From Blastocystis sp. Blastoise (Eukaryota > Protista > Bigyra: Opalinata), in contig JBBPEB010000005.1 of NCBI GenBank assembly GCA_039096225.1, forward strand, positions 1,302,001-1,366,000: 64,000 nt of DNA. The letters are read 5' to 3'. Position numbers and translations under genes: made by a program. Shown here piece by piece: positions 14,401 through 29,200 of the stretch. Each line of letters opens with the position of its first letter. Within the stretch, counting starts at the first letter, position 1. The notes below the pieces were generated by a model. The model worked only from the letters and a program-made list of their open reading frames with translations, was not told the origin of the DNA and ran no database searches.

Positions 14401-17400
14401 AATAGATATATTATTTTTATAAATAATTTAAAATATAATAAATAATAAAATAATAATAATAATTAATAAAAAAAACAACTTACAATAAAATAATAAAACA
14501 TGGAAGATAAACAAAGCAAATAATCATTGTGATTGTATTAATTTGGAAATTTTGATTTGTATATATATAAGGATAAGATCCTTTTGATAATTTGGGTCTT
14601 ATAATAATACCATAAACACCACTTTCTTTAATATTACATAGAATCATACTTTTTTCAAATCGATATTGAATTTCATCTAAACATTCAAATTCATTTCGTT
14701 TCTCATTTAATTTAGCAATACAATGTTCATCTTCTGTAATATCTAATGGATGACGATAATAAGTATTATTCTGAAGTACACGAGGTAATAACCATACTTT
14801 ACGAGGGAACATTAAATCGATCTCTATTGCATTCATTAACGATTCTACACGTTTATTATAAATATCTATAAAAGTTAAATTTAATATTAATCCATGTTGA
14901 ATTACAGGTAAATGTAAAGATAATAAAGAAGAATCATATCGAGGAGGTTCATATATAGCTATAGGTTTTCCTGAAATAAAACGTAATTCTTGAAGACGTG
15001 TATAATTATTAGCTTTATATGTATATTGATTTAATTGTGAAGATGATAATGTTGTTATGGATAAAAATATTGGTAAATTTGTAGAATGTAATTGAGCTAT
15101 ATAAAAATAATATATTTTATTCATTAATTAATATATATATATACCATGAGGTGTATGTATATAACCATAAAAATCATTCGTTTGAGTATATAAAATAATT
15201 TGTTTTGATTCTTGACCTAATAAAGTAATACGATAATCATAAGGAAGTATATCTCTTGGATTTAAATATAAACATTCAGATATAGAATAATGACAACTAC
15301 CATCAAAACATCTATAAATGATTTATTGTTATTGTTATTATTATAATAAAAAAATTAATATAAAAAATAATTAAAATAATAAAAATAAAAATAACAACCA
15401 TACCTATACATATTATTTGGACAATTATACAATCCTTTACATGATAATGTAGATTCTGTATTTGAATTGAAAGATATACATGTAGAATCAGGACATCTTA
15501 ATTGATTCTTCATACATCCATAAGTAATAGGACATGTTAATCTACAAATACCATCTGAACATAATTGATATGTAGATATAAAACAACTATATGTATTATT
15601 ATTTGAATATAGAATAGGAATAAAAATAGATAATGTTGTAGAATCATAATGAATATTAATTTGATTTGATTTTTCTTTAGAATAAATAGAATAATCATAA
15701 TAATGATAAGGTGAATAAATAGATCTTCCTACTTGTTGTCCTGATGGTGATATAAATATAGAATTACAATCGATATTGATATCTACACAAATACCATTAG
15801 GACATCTTTTAGGAGATGTAGTAGGACAAGGAGGAATAGGAGGACAAAGAGAAATATCACGAAAAGACCCATCAGGACATAATGTAATAGCAGAAAAAGG
15901 AGAAGGAGAAGGAAGAGATGAAAATAATGTTATATTTAATGTTTCACAATAAAGAGGAGAAGATACACATAAATCATTATAACAATGATAAGGAAGATTC
16001 TCAGGACAATTTGATAGTAATGGACAATCACCTTCATTTAATACACATGTACCTATAAAATATTTTTATTATAAAATTATTATATATATATACCATCAGG
16101 ACATTCTACAGGTAAATGTGAAGGACAAAAAGGAAGTTTTTCTGGATCTTGCTATATATATTATATTATTATTAGTATACAAATAAAAATAAAAATAAAA
16201 ATAAAATAAAAATAAAATAAACATCACCTACATACATTACAATTTATACATGGTTTACATAAACTATAATGAGCTACACAACTCATATCATCACATAGAA
16301 AAGGAATATCTTTTGGACAAATAGGTCTTTTTGGACAACTTCTATATAGAAAACTAATTTCTTGATCTGTTTCTTTTCCTTGTATTAATGTATAATTTTC
16401 TATAGAATTATAAGGATTATCAGATTGATCTTCATTTATAATATTTAAAGATAATAAAATAGGTGAATATCGTTGACCATGTAAAGGAATACAATCTCCA
16501 GAAGCACATGCTTGAGAATGATATATAGAACATCTATTTAATAATAAACATTGTGAAGGATGAGAAACACATTGACCATTTGGACATATATAAGATTGAT
16601 TTATAGGACAAGAATATGTATTAGAATTTAGAATAGAAGAACATTCATTTCTTGTAGAAACACAAGTACCATTAGAACATAATATAGGATGAAGAGGAGA
16701 ACAACCATTAATAAATGTACATTCATTAGCATTCCTTACACATTCTCCTCGAATACATTTATAAGGTCTTTCATGAGGACAAGAATGATATGTATATTCA
16801 GTTGTACAATTATAAGAATATTTCACACAACGACCTGTTGGACATTTATAGGGAGATGAGAGTGGACAACCTATATATATTATTATTATTTATTTATTTA
16901 TTAATATATATAATATATATGTAATAAATAAAACCTTACCATTATCACTAAGACAATCTTCTTCTTTTTCAACACATAATCCATTATATAATCCTGTTTT
17001 ACACATATAATTATAAGGAGATGTACATATAGTTCGATCAGTACATAAAGAAGAAGAAGCACGACAACTACCATCAGAACAACGAATATAATTTGTATTA
17101 TAATTACTTGTATTACAAGGCATAATCAAAGGACAATCTGTATACGATTTCACACATATACCTATAGCACATCGAATTGGTTTATCTTCACTACATAATG
17201 AAGGAAGACTAGAAAAATAAGAATATAAATATTGACGATCTACAAAATAAACTAAAGGAGATTCAAAGAGTTCTGAAGAAAATAAGGATAACTTATTATT
17301 ATTATTATTTATTAATGTATGTTCATATTCATTTAATAAAGGAGATGATTTCTGAAGATTATTTTCTGTAAAGAAAGATTTATCCATATATTTCATAAAA

Positions 17401-20400
17401 GAATCGATTATTGTATTATATAGAGTATTTATTATAGATTTTATATTATTCATTATTTTATTTATATAACTATTATTATTTATATCTGTATTCAATAATG
17501 AATTAACAAATAAAGAAGGAGAAGGAGATGTATCTTCAGGAATAAATGAATAAGAAGAATAAGGACAATAAAAAGTAGATATCATACATAAACCATTCTC
17601 ACATTGTTTATATGGAGCAACACATAAAGCTAGATAATAGTTATTTATTATTATAAATAAAATAATAAAATAAAATAAAAAAAAAAATAAAAAAATAAAA
17701 TAAACAAACATACGACTACATTCTTCATCTTCTTTAATACATTCACCATTATAACATGATTTAGGTTTAGAAGAAAAGCAACCATTCGAAAGAGGACAAT
17801 CTTCTATAGATTGACGACATGTACCATCTAAACAACGTATATATCCATTAGTATTACAAGTCCAATCACAAGAAGAATGATAAATATCTATATTATTCTT
17901 TGAACTATCTTTTGAATAACATATTAATGTATTATGACACCATCCACTAAATTGATCACTATTACAATTATCATTCGATGTACATTCTTCTTTTGAAGAT
18001 ACACATAATCCTGAAATACATTTATAAGGTTTAAACATAGGACATAAAGGTTCAGAACATAAAGAAGAATCACGAACACATGTACCATCAGAACATAAAT
18101 ATTTATCATAACTACAAAAACCAGTCACATAATGATCACTTTCCATTGAATATTTATCTAAAAAAAAATATTATATATTATAAAAAAATATATATTATAA
18201 AATAAAATAAAATAAAATAAATAAAAAAAAATTATAAAATAATAAAAAAAAACATACTATAATAACCTTCATATCCATTAATACAATCACTTCGATCTTT
18301 AACATATTCTCCATGAATACTACAGAAACTAGTAAATTTAGTAACTTGTCTTGCTCCTGTAGTAATACATTTTCCATTAAGACAATTAGAAGGTACATAA
18401 GGAGGTATAGGTGGACAATCATCTTCAGAAACATGACATGATTGATCCCAACATAATATAGGATTTGTAGTTGGACAATATAATAATGGACATTTCTTTG
18501 TTATAAATACACAACTACCATCATTACATAATTTATAATTAATAGGACAATGAATAGTATTAAGACATTGATTCTGATGATAATGACATAATCCATCACT
18601 ACATAAAATAGGTTTATTTCTTGGACATATACGATAAGAAGGACATTGTTCACTTTGAGATATACAACTACCCTCTATACATCGTTTACTACCTTTAGGA
18701 CAAAGAGGAGGAGGAATAGAATTCGATAAGATATTCGATTGAAAGGATGTATCTGTAGATAATGGATCCCAATAATATTTATTTATAGAAGTTAAAGATC
18801 CTTCTATAGAAGCAATAGGATCTCCTGTAGGTATAAAATAGGGAGATATACTATATATATAATAACTATCATCACTATAATGTATATTATATCTTCTACA
18901 AGGATAAAATTGATAATTACGTGAACATAAATGTTGATATCGATCTTTTATTTTATTTATACAATTATTTATATCTTCTTTATTATTATATACATTACAT
19001 ACATCTATATACATTTCTAAATATTTACTAACACATTGTTCTATTGTATGTTTTATATTTAAATCTGATTTATCATGATATTCTGTTATATCTAAATATT
19101 CTTCATTATATTCTTGTAAAGAATTATAGATATAAGGGAATATATTAGTAACACCATAAGTACTATCTTCAATCATATAACAACCTCCATCTTCACATCT
19201 CATTTCATTATCTCTACATACAGATATAGTAGGACATAAATAAGAATGTTCTACACATATTTTTTGATAATCACACATATAGAATCCTAATGGACAATGA
19301 TAATTAGATTCATCAGTACATAATGAATAAGAAGATACACAATAACCAGTATCACATAATATAGGACTCGTAGTAGGACAAATAACAGGACTTGAACATA
19401 ATAAACTATTTCGTACACATGTTTTACTAGAAGAACAATAATATGGATAAGCAGAAGGACAATGAGAAGTTAATAATATTGAAGAAGAAGGAATAGTTAT
19501 ATTTGTAGTAGTTTCTAAAGATTTATTTTATTTATATAGTTTATTATTTATTATTATTATATAATATATATATATACTTCCTTGTTGATTTCTTTCAATA
19601 AAATGAATTTGTGAATAACAATCTTTAGTATTTTCAACACAAGTACCATTATCACAAAGAATAGGTTTTTCAAAAGTACATAAGATACTAGGTCTACATT
19701 GTTGATAGAATAAAGCACATCCTCCATTAGGACAATTTATATAAGGAGATCGACAAAGAGGTGTTTGAGAACAATAAAAAGATGAAGGTTTACATGTATT
19801 ATCAGGACATAATACAAGAGGAGAAGGACATGTAAAGTTATTAAAGAAAATATATAAATATATAAATAAATATAATAAATATAAATAAATATTATAAATA
19901 TATAAAGGATATGAAACATGTGTTGGACATTCAAGCATAGAAACAACACAAGTATTATCATTACATTTATAAAAGTTCTTTGGACAATTTGTATAAATAT
20001 TAATGATTGTAGATTCATTTAAAGATTTTTCATAAATAATATTATTATAAGCATCTTTATGATAGAGAGGATAAGGAAATAAAGTAGTTTCTTCATTATT
20101 ATTATTAGTAGTAATAGTTTTAATAGAAGAAATAGCTTGAATATTATTATTAAGAATAGAAGAAGATGAATATAAATTCATATTTCTTGATCTTGTATTT
20201 GGTGCACTTTCAGATAAATTTAAATATAAGAATTTATTATCATATTGATAATTATAAGTTTCACCAAAAATAAATATAGAATCCGAAATACATTGATTTG
20301 AAGGAGATAAATGATAATATCTTGGACATGTAATTGAAGAAGGACATAAAGTAGCATTCTTAACACAATATCCTTGAGGACATCGATAAGGATAGGTTAA

Positions 20401-23400
20401 TGGACATGTTGTATATATACATTCAGATATACTATAATTATAATTATTATTATTATATTATTATAATATAATATATATATATACTTATGTGTACACATTC
20501 CATCAGGACATAAAATAAGTGGTTTAGGACAAAAACGAAGAGAAGGACATTCAATTGGATCAATAACACAACTTTTCTATTTATATATATATTATTAATA
20601 ATAATAATAAAATCATATAAAATACTTTATCCCAACATAAAATAGGAGCATAAGAAGGACATTGAATAGAGTTTTTATATTGATTACATTCTTCTATAGA
20701 TACTGCACAAGTAACTAGATCTCCACAAGTAATTGTAGAAGGTGGACAATGAACTTGTTGAGGACACATTTGTTTATTTATAGCTATTGTTCCATCAACA
20801 CATATTACTTTATTTGTATCATGTATAGGAAAAGAAGGACATCTAAAAATATATATATATTATAATATATTAATTATAAAAATAAATCAATCTATATACT
20901 TCATATAATTATCAACACAAGCTCCATTTTCACATATATATCCATGACAAGTACAATTATGAATATCTTGTTGACAACCTATATGAATATCTTCAGATTC
21001 ACGATTCATACAAGCTTCCATTCCTAGAGGACAAGTAAGACTATTATGACAATCATTCCAATCAGAAACACAATGAATAGTTTGTCCATTATCAACGAAT
21101 TCTATAGGATTCTTTATGTAATCACCATTCATATTATTATAACATATATAAGGACTAAGAGAAGAATGCTGCTTACATAAAGAAGGAAGGAAAACAAGAT
21201 TTGGTTGAGTACCTAATAATATCTTTGTATAGATTTCTGTATTTGTAAGATCATCCCAAGTAATATCTGTTAAATAAAAATCTATAGATCCATAACCATA
21301 TAAAGGAGATAATATAGTTAAACTATGTATATAAGGAGTCTGAGATTTGAAAGGAATAGTCAATCGAAGCTATATACATAGAAATTTTATGAAATAATTA
21401 TTATTAAATATATATATAAAATCATACAGATCTTTGTTTTCCACTTGAATCAAGAGTAATAATAGCAAATAGAGTTTTATTGGATGTATTAATATCTAAT
21501 AAATTCCCTAATGCATCACGAATCTTAATAATCATAGTCACATCTGTATATAGAGAAGTACTCTCTGAAATAAATGATATATATGTATTTGTATATTCAG
21601 GTTCTAAAGGAGAAAGAGGAGTAATTTTATTAAGAAATATTATATAGATATATTTTTATAATTATATTATATATAATATAAAGGATATAGATAATGATAT
21701 TGAAGATATGGATGATTATTAATAATAGGATAATATATATAATCACCAGAATAGATTAATTTATATTCACAAGTATAGGAATCCTTTATAAATATACAAG
21801 GGAATAGTTCAGTATGAAGAATAGGATTTCCATCACCCTCTATATCCAGTGATACATCCATTTCAATAGAAATAGAATAGGCATCAAATTCTATTGGACG
21901 TTCATATATATCATAAAGATATATATATATAAAACAAGTTGTATTCACACGTTCACATTCATCATTCTTAAGGACTATTTATATTTATATTTATTTATTT
22001 ATATATAGATTAATAAGAATACTTGTAGATTGATATCTGATTTGTGCTGGATACAGTTGAATCTTTAATAATGGAAAAGGAGAAGTTGAATTATAATATA
22101 ATTGAAGTGTATATTCAGTTAGTATATTTATTAAAGAAAATAATTTTTATTTTTTAAATATATTTATAATTATATAAATAGGATATAATTTCCAGGATGA
22201 GTAGAAGTTAAATCATTATAAATTATCAAATATTGACCTATATAAAAATATTATATTTTATTATATTATTATATATATACCAAGTTCTTTATCATATAAT
22301 TGAACAGTCAAATGAGGTGGAATAAACATTGTATTCGACTATATAGAATAATAATAATAATAATATATATATTATATATATACAGAAGATGTAATAGCCA
22401 TAGAGAATAGATTTGTGTCAAAATAGGTATATACAGGATTCTCATATATATCTACAGTAGATAATAAGAATGATCCTTTTGTCTATTAATATATAATATA
22501 ATATAATATATAAATATATACATTTTCTCTTAATCCATGTATACTACATAATCCATCAGGTAACTTATCTTCATTCTCTAAGGGAGAACAGGAATATATA
22601 TAGGAAGTAGCTTCTGATGGTTTTATAATAGCTTGTATTGGAGAATTCTATTCATATATATATATAGAATATAATAATATAATAAATATACTAATAAAGC
22701 TACTCCAGATCGTTTTACATATATATCATAGTTTCCAATTGTATATAAATATAACGAAAATACATATACATTTCCATAAATTAATATTGCATAACTATAT
22801 AGATATATAATAATAATAAAATATATATACCTATCAGTTTCTATACGAGTTTCATTCTTATATATTTCTATATATAATTCTTTTGATATATCTTCTTCTA
22901 TTGTATTATTAAAGGAGTGATTATTAAGAAAATATTTATTTATATAATAATATAATATATATATAATATAAAAGATATATCAAAGAGATGAACATGAATG
23001 AAAATTTGATTACCAGCTATATAAGCTATATATAGAAATAATAATGATAATAAATATATATATATATACTTTTATTAATTCCTTCATCATCTAATAATTC
23101 TATATATAATAAAATAATAAAAATACATATAATAAATACCATTTTTTCCATAATCTTCATAATTAGGAACAGGAATAGGATTATTATTAGAAGGGAAATG
23201 AATAAATGATTGTTGAGGGTCCATAATTGATGGAGAAATAATCAATTGAAATTGTTGTTTATAATGAATGTATTCAAGAGAAAATGTTATTGTGTATGTA
23301 TCAGCATCAATATAATACATTCTATATAATATAATAATAATATAATATATATAATATATACTTTGTATAAATAGTATTATGATCAAAAATAAAGATAGCT

Positions 23401-26254
23401 GGTTTATTCCCTGTGCAATAAGGTAAATCACATACATTGAGATTATTACCCTTAGAATCAATCACTTTATAATATAGTAATAATAATAATAATAATATAT
23501 ATACATGTTGATTTTAAGAATGGTTGAATATAAGTAGGATTAATATCATTACCATAAATATCTCGTGGATGAAATGTACAATTGAATTCTATTCCTGTAG
23601 TTAATTCATCAGGACAAAGTAAATAAGAAGGAGATCCAAGAAGATCTATATAATTATATTATTATTATATATTATATATATACTCATATTAGGATAAGCA
23701 TAAGTAGTAGTAGTAAGTATTTCAATATAGGGTTTATCTTCAAAGGATGTAGAAATAGTAATTGTATATAGATCTCGATAAGAAGAAAGATGAAGAGGAG
23801 AATCTATTAGAAACTATATAAATATTAATTATATATATATTATTAATAAATATACATGAATATGATTATTATTGAGAGTATAAGAATAGAGAAGAGGAGG
23901 AGAAGAAGTTAAATTGAATTGTTGATTTATAGGAATAGGACTATATATAATAAATAGTATATAAAAACAATATACATTTCATTATTATGAATATCTTTAA
24001 CAATAACATCTAATTCTCTTCTTATTTCAGGTACAAATCCCATACTGAATGTTCCTGAATAGGTTGATGATAAAGAATACTTTAAACATGTCCATGTAGT
24101 AATTGTCACTGATGTATCCAATATAGGCATATTATTATATAATAATATAAACGTATAATTACGAGCAGTAGGAAGATGAGGTATAGTTGTATATAGATTA
24201 AAGAAAATAATAGTATTTAATTATTATTATTAATATATATATATATAAAAGGATATTTATAAGTACCAGGTGATGTAGTTTCAACTATATACATGATTCC
24301 ATCATAATAATCTTCATCTATATTTATCCTATATATATTTATATTTATATAATAATAATAGAATACCATTTAAGATTAGATTGTTGACCCGTAATAATAT
24401 GCTGATTTTCATCAAATATTTGAAATGAAAAGAATGGATCAGTTTCTAAATTGACATTTAATATCGATGATACATGAAATTTAAGAGGAGATGTTAATCT
24501 ATACAGATATATAAAAAAATAATAAAAAATATATATACATGAATAGAGAATAAGGAAGAGAAGATAGAGTAATAGGAATATCTTTAGAGAATAGATTATC
24601 CTGCTTATTTTGAAAGAATAGACGTATATATAAATAAGGATATTCTGATTCAGTAAGACCAATAATAGAAGACATTTCAACAATATAATGAATATGAATA
24701 CTATAAATAAATAATATAAATAATAATAATAAATATACGTATTATTGAGTATATGTTTATCTACAGTAAAAGGAGTATCTTCTAAAGTATCAGCTCGTCG
24801 AATATCTATATCAATATATTCTCCTTCATGATTATATATAGAAAAAGAAGGATCTTCTTTTGAATATCCACCTTCTTCAATATAATATGTAGCATTCAAT
24901 GAATTAAAATATTCATCTTTTAAATTCATATAGATATCTCCACAAATAGAAATATTAGTAGAATCACAATAAGAAACAAATTCAATTCCAGTACCATGAA
25001 TATCAGTATGAGCAATATAAAGAGTACCAGGAACAACAGTTAGATAAGAATCATAGATATTTCCAGAAACTAATGTAATCAATGAAATCTTATGGAATCC
25101 TGATACTTTAGCAGGTATAGAACATGTACTAAGAAGACTTATTGAATCTGGATTCATAACATCATAATAAGTATTTCGATCTATATAAAATTAAATTAAA
25201 ATTATATATATATTATATATATACCTTCTACATAACTATAATCACATATTTTATATACACTTTGTAAATTAATTACTGAATTATTATATCTATAAATTAT
25301 ATATATATGAATAAAAAGAATAATAAAATAATTACATATCAAAGAATTTGATGTTTATAGGAATAATATCACCAGCAGTATAAAGAGAATCATGAGTTAC
25401 TTTTATTGTAGATGTACTATATATATATATAAGAGAATAATAATAATAATTAATATACATTTCAGTAGAAGGTATAGTAGTGATATTCCATTCTAAAGAG
25501 GACCAAATATTATCTTCAGATAAACAATCTATTTTCACAGTGATATTTCTAACTTTTGAAGGTAATTGAATAAATGTATAAAGAGGACAAATAGAAGTAT
25601 ATTGATATTCTTGTGTATATATATCAAGAGAAGGAGATGTTGAAAATGAATAAAAGGATTTCTGAGTATACTATATAATAATATTATTTAATAAATAAAT
25701 ATATATATATATACATCTCCATCACCTTTAATATACACTTTATATTTATCTCTTCGATTATCTAAACAATATCCATCATCATATATATCTCTTGTATATA
25801 TATACATATACGTTAATGTACCTGCAAAACTAATAGGACTGTAAAAAGTAGAATTAAGAAATATATATAATATTATTATTGAGAGAATATAATATAAAAT
25901 AAAATAAAAGGATATATAGATTTCAGTTTTCGAGCAATCATTAGGACTAATTCTACTTTGAATAGTACAATATATATAAGAATTAATCATATCAATATCT
26001 TCTTCTTCTTGATTTAGAAGACGTACATATAAATGACCATTAGAAATCTCACGAAAGAAACGAATGGATAATGTATATTGTGAAGTAGAATCCATAGTGA
26101 TTCTATAACTAAAGAATTGATCGGATTCACCTGGAAATAAAGGAATATCAAATCCTTCTGAAGATGTTACATATAATTTTATTATAAAATTATTCTGATT
26201 CACTAAATTATAATAACGATCTCTTACTATTAATGTAAACTATATATATTATTT

Positions 26255-26286
<32 letters not shown>

Positions 26287-29200
26287 CAACACTTCTATAT
26301 AAAGGAATAATTGAATAGATAGTAGAGATAGAAGAGTAGAGATAAGAAGGAACATCACTATATACTGATAATTGGAATGGAGTATTAATCACAGATAAAC
26401 CATTCACACTATAAAAATATTATTATAAGTTTATTTATAATTATACAAATATACATCCATCTAAAATAAACAGATTCTGAAGTATACGAAACAAATTGAT
26501 ATATTAATTTTTCATGTAATGGATCTATATATAATAATAAATAATAATAACTAAATAAATACCTTCTTTTGAAGTAAAGAAATAAGATTGATCTGTATTT
26601 AATAGAATTGTTCCTGTAAATAATGTTGTAGGAACTGTATTATTATATTCATCACGAAAATATATTTCAAAATTATCTATATATTTATGTTATTATTAAA
26701 TAAATATAAAATAAATATATACGAATAACACCAACAGTAGTAGTTCTATTTGGTGGTATAAAAATAGTATTAGAAGGAAGAAGAGAACCATGAGTTACTG
26801 TCCATGCAGATAAAAATGGAGAATAATGAATAGGAATACCATCTACTGTTATATAAATATCATATATAGCTACATAGATAGCTTTTAAATATAAATAAAG
26901 AGAAGAAGAAGAAAGATAGGAGAAGGTATATGTAGGAAGAGATGGAACTATATATATATATAGAATAATAATAATAAATAAATAAAATAAATACCGTTTC
27001 GATCACTAATAAAAGTGACTTTAATTCGTTGTTCGAGATCGATATCTATAGGTATTTGTCCACATCGACTATTAAGAAATAATTGAAGTGGATATATAGA
27101 TCCTGCAGTACTCGTGAAGAAGAGAGGATATTCAGAAGTAGTAATAGTAGTAGAAGTCAAAGGAATCGTTGATACTGTAGGAGATATCAATTGGATACCC
27201 TATTCAATATAATTATATTATTATTATTATTAATATATACATTTTCGGGTGAAATAATTTCTAAATAATATCCTGATGATAGATGAGAGACAGAATCCTA
27301 TATATATAATAATAATAATGATTATATATAGAATGATACAAGATTGATATTGAGAGTATGTTTATTCGAGAGATAGAGATGAAGTTGATTATATCTAGAG
27401 ATCAATTGTAGAGTTAATTGTCCATTATTATAGAAGGAATAGGATACTGAAGTAATTATAGAAGGAGATTTCATTGTAGGAGGAGTATCACCAGGTAAAT
27501 ATACTTGAAGAACTATATATTATTAATATTTAATATTATTATATTTATATACTATTTTCATTAAAGAAGAATATATAAGAATTAGATTGAGAGAAACATC
27601 GAGATTGAAGTATATTATTATAAGGAATATCAGGGTTTATTACAGGAGTAGAAGAAGAGTATTGTATATAAGGATGAAGAAGAATACAAAATGGAGATAT
27701 GGATTCTATATATATATAATATATATTTAGTATATATATACCTAAATAGATATTTGATTTAAATTGAAGTATTTCATACATATAAATATGATATCCAAAT
27801 ATTGATGTTTTATTAAGAGATACAGTCTAAATATATATATATAATAATAAATATATATATATACTTGTTGTTGAATATGAATATTTTGGAAATCTCTTGT
27901 ACAATAATAAGGATTTTCTCCTTCACTGTTTAAAGTACTACTATAGCTATTTCCAGAGAGATTAATACTACTATTCATATTTGGTATAGTTGTAGTATCT
28001 TCTTTATCAATAATCATAGAAACTACTTTAGAGAGAAGAGGAGCATCACAGAGAAATGTCAAATTCGTTTGAGTTATAAAACGAGATATAGAATCTATAT
28101 AATAATAATATTATTTTTATTATTATTATTATTATATACTTGATTGAGTTCCACATGTTCTAGAAGCAAAGAATATAGATATAGAATAGGTGATTCCAGG
28201 AATAAGACCTAATTTATCTGCATAATTCGTTATATTAATATGAGAACCAACTGGAGTATTATAACTATATAAATAATAATAATAAATAATATTTAATATA
28301 TATATATACCCTCCATAATCTAAGAATAAATGTTTATTAATAAAAACCCATAATCCATTATTCGTTTCAAAATCTATAAATTGATCTGTTCTATTCTCAT
28401 ATCTATATATATAATAATAATATTATATAAATATAAAATAATAATATACAAGAAGAATAGATTTGTTTTCATAGTAAACCAACATTTCTTACCAATATAT
28501 TCTTCTATTGGACTTAATGCATATCCTCCTTTTACATCTGTTAAAGGAAAATAAGTAGGACTAGAAGATATAAAATTTTATATATATATATATATATATA
28601 CTAATTAAGTGTAAGAAGGTTTTTGGTACCAATAATACCAATAAGAGGAAAAGAGAAAGAATAAGAATTATTACTTTCTGTAAACCATGTATTGAAGGTA
28701 GAATATGTAGAATTCATAGATGCACTATAAAAAGAAGAATAAAAAAGAAGAATAAAAAAAAATATAATATATATATATATATATACAGGAAGATCATAAT
28801 CATTGAGTTCTGATTCAACGAATCCAGTTTCTTTAGAACTTCCCCATTTCTGAAAGTCAGTATTCCCTTGGGGATCTAAACAACATAATCGAGAAATCAC
28901 TTCATTATTATGGAAATCATCAGTAATATCCTCTACGAAACAACATCCATCTCCTGCAGCAGTATAATCATAATAGGTACTCATTGTATATATTATAGCT
29001 ATAAAGAATTATATTCATTATATATATATATATAAATATACGAGAAGTAGCAACAAAAATTCGAATATTGTTATCAGCATAATCATTCACTTTATCACAT
29101 ACTGTTTCTACTCTATCTTCTTTTGAATATAAATTTGAATATATATATCTATATAAAAAAATATAAAAATAATAAATACATATATATATACTTTGGATAA

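Noticed and set aside
24635-24644. ATATCCTTAT on the minus strand resembling a seventh U12 donor (similarly near 13946-13954)
   Set aside because: Both lie in open exons (SEYPYLYIRLF; GYISLQFPS) with no downstream branch motif plus AC, and no intron is needed to keep frame.
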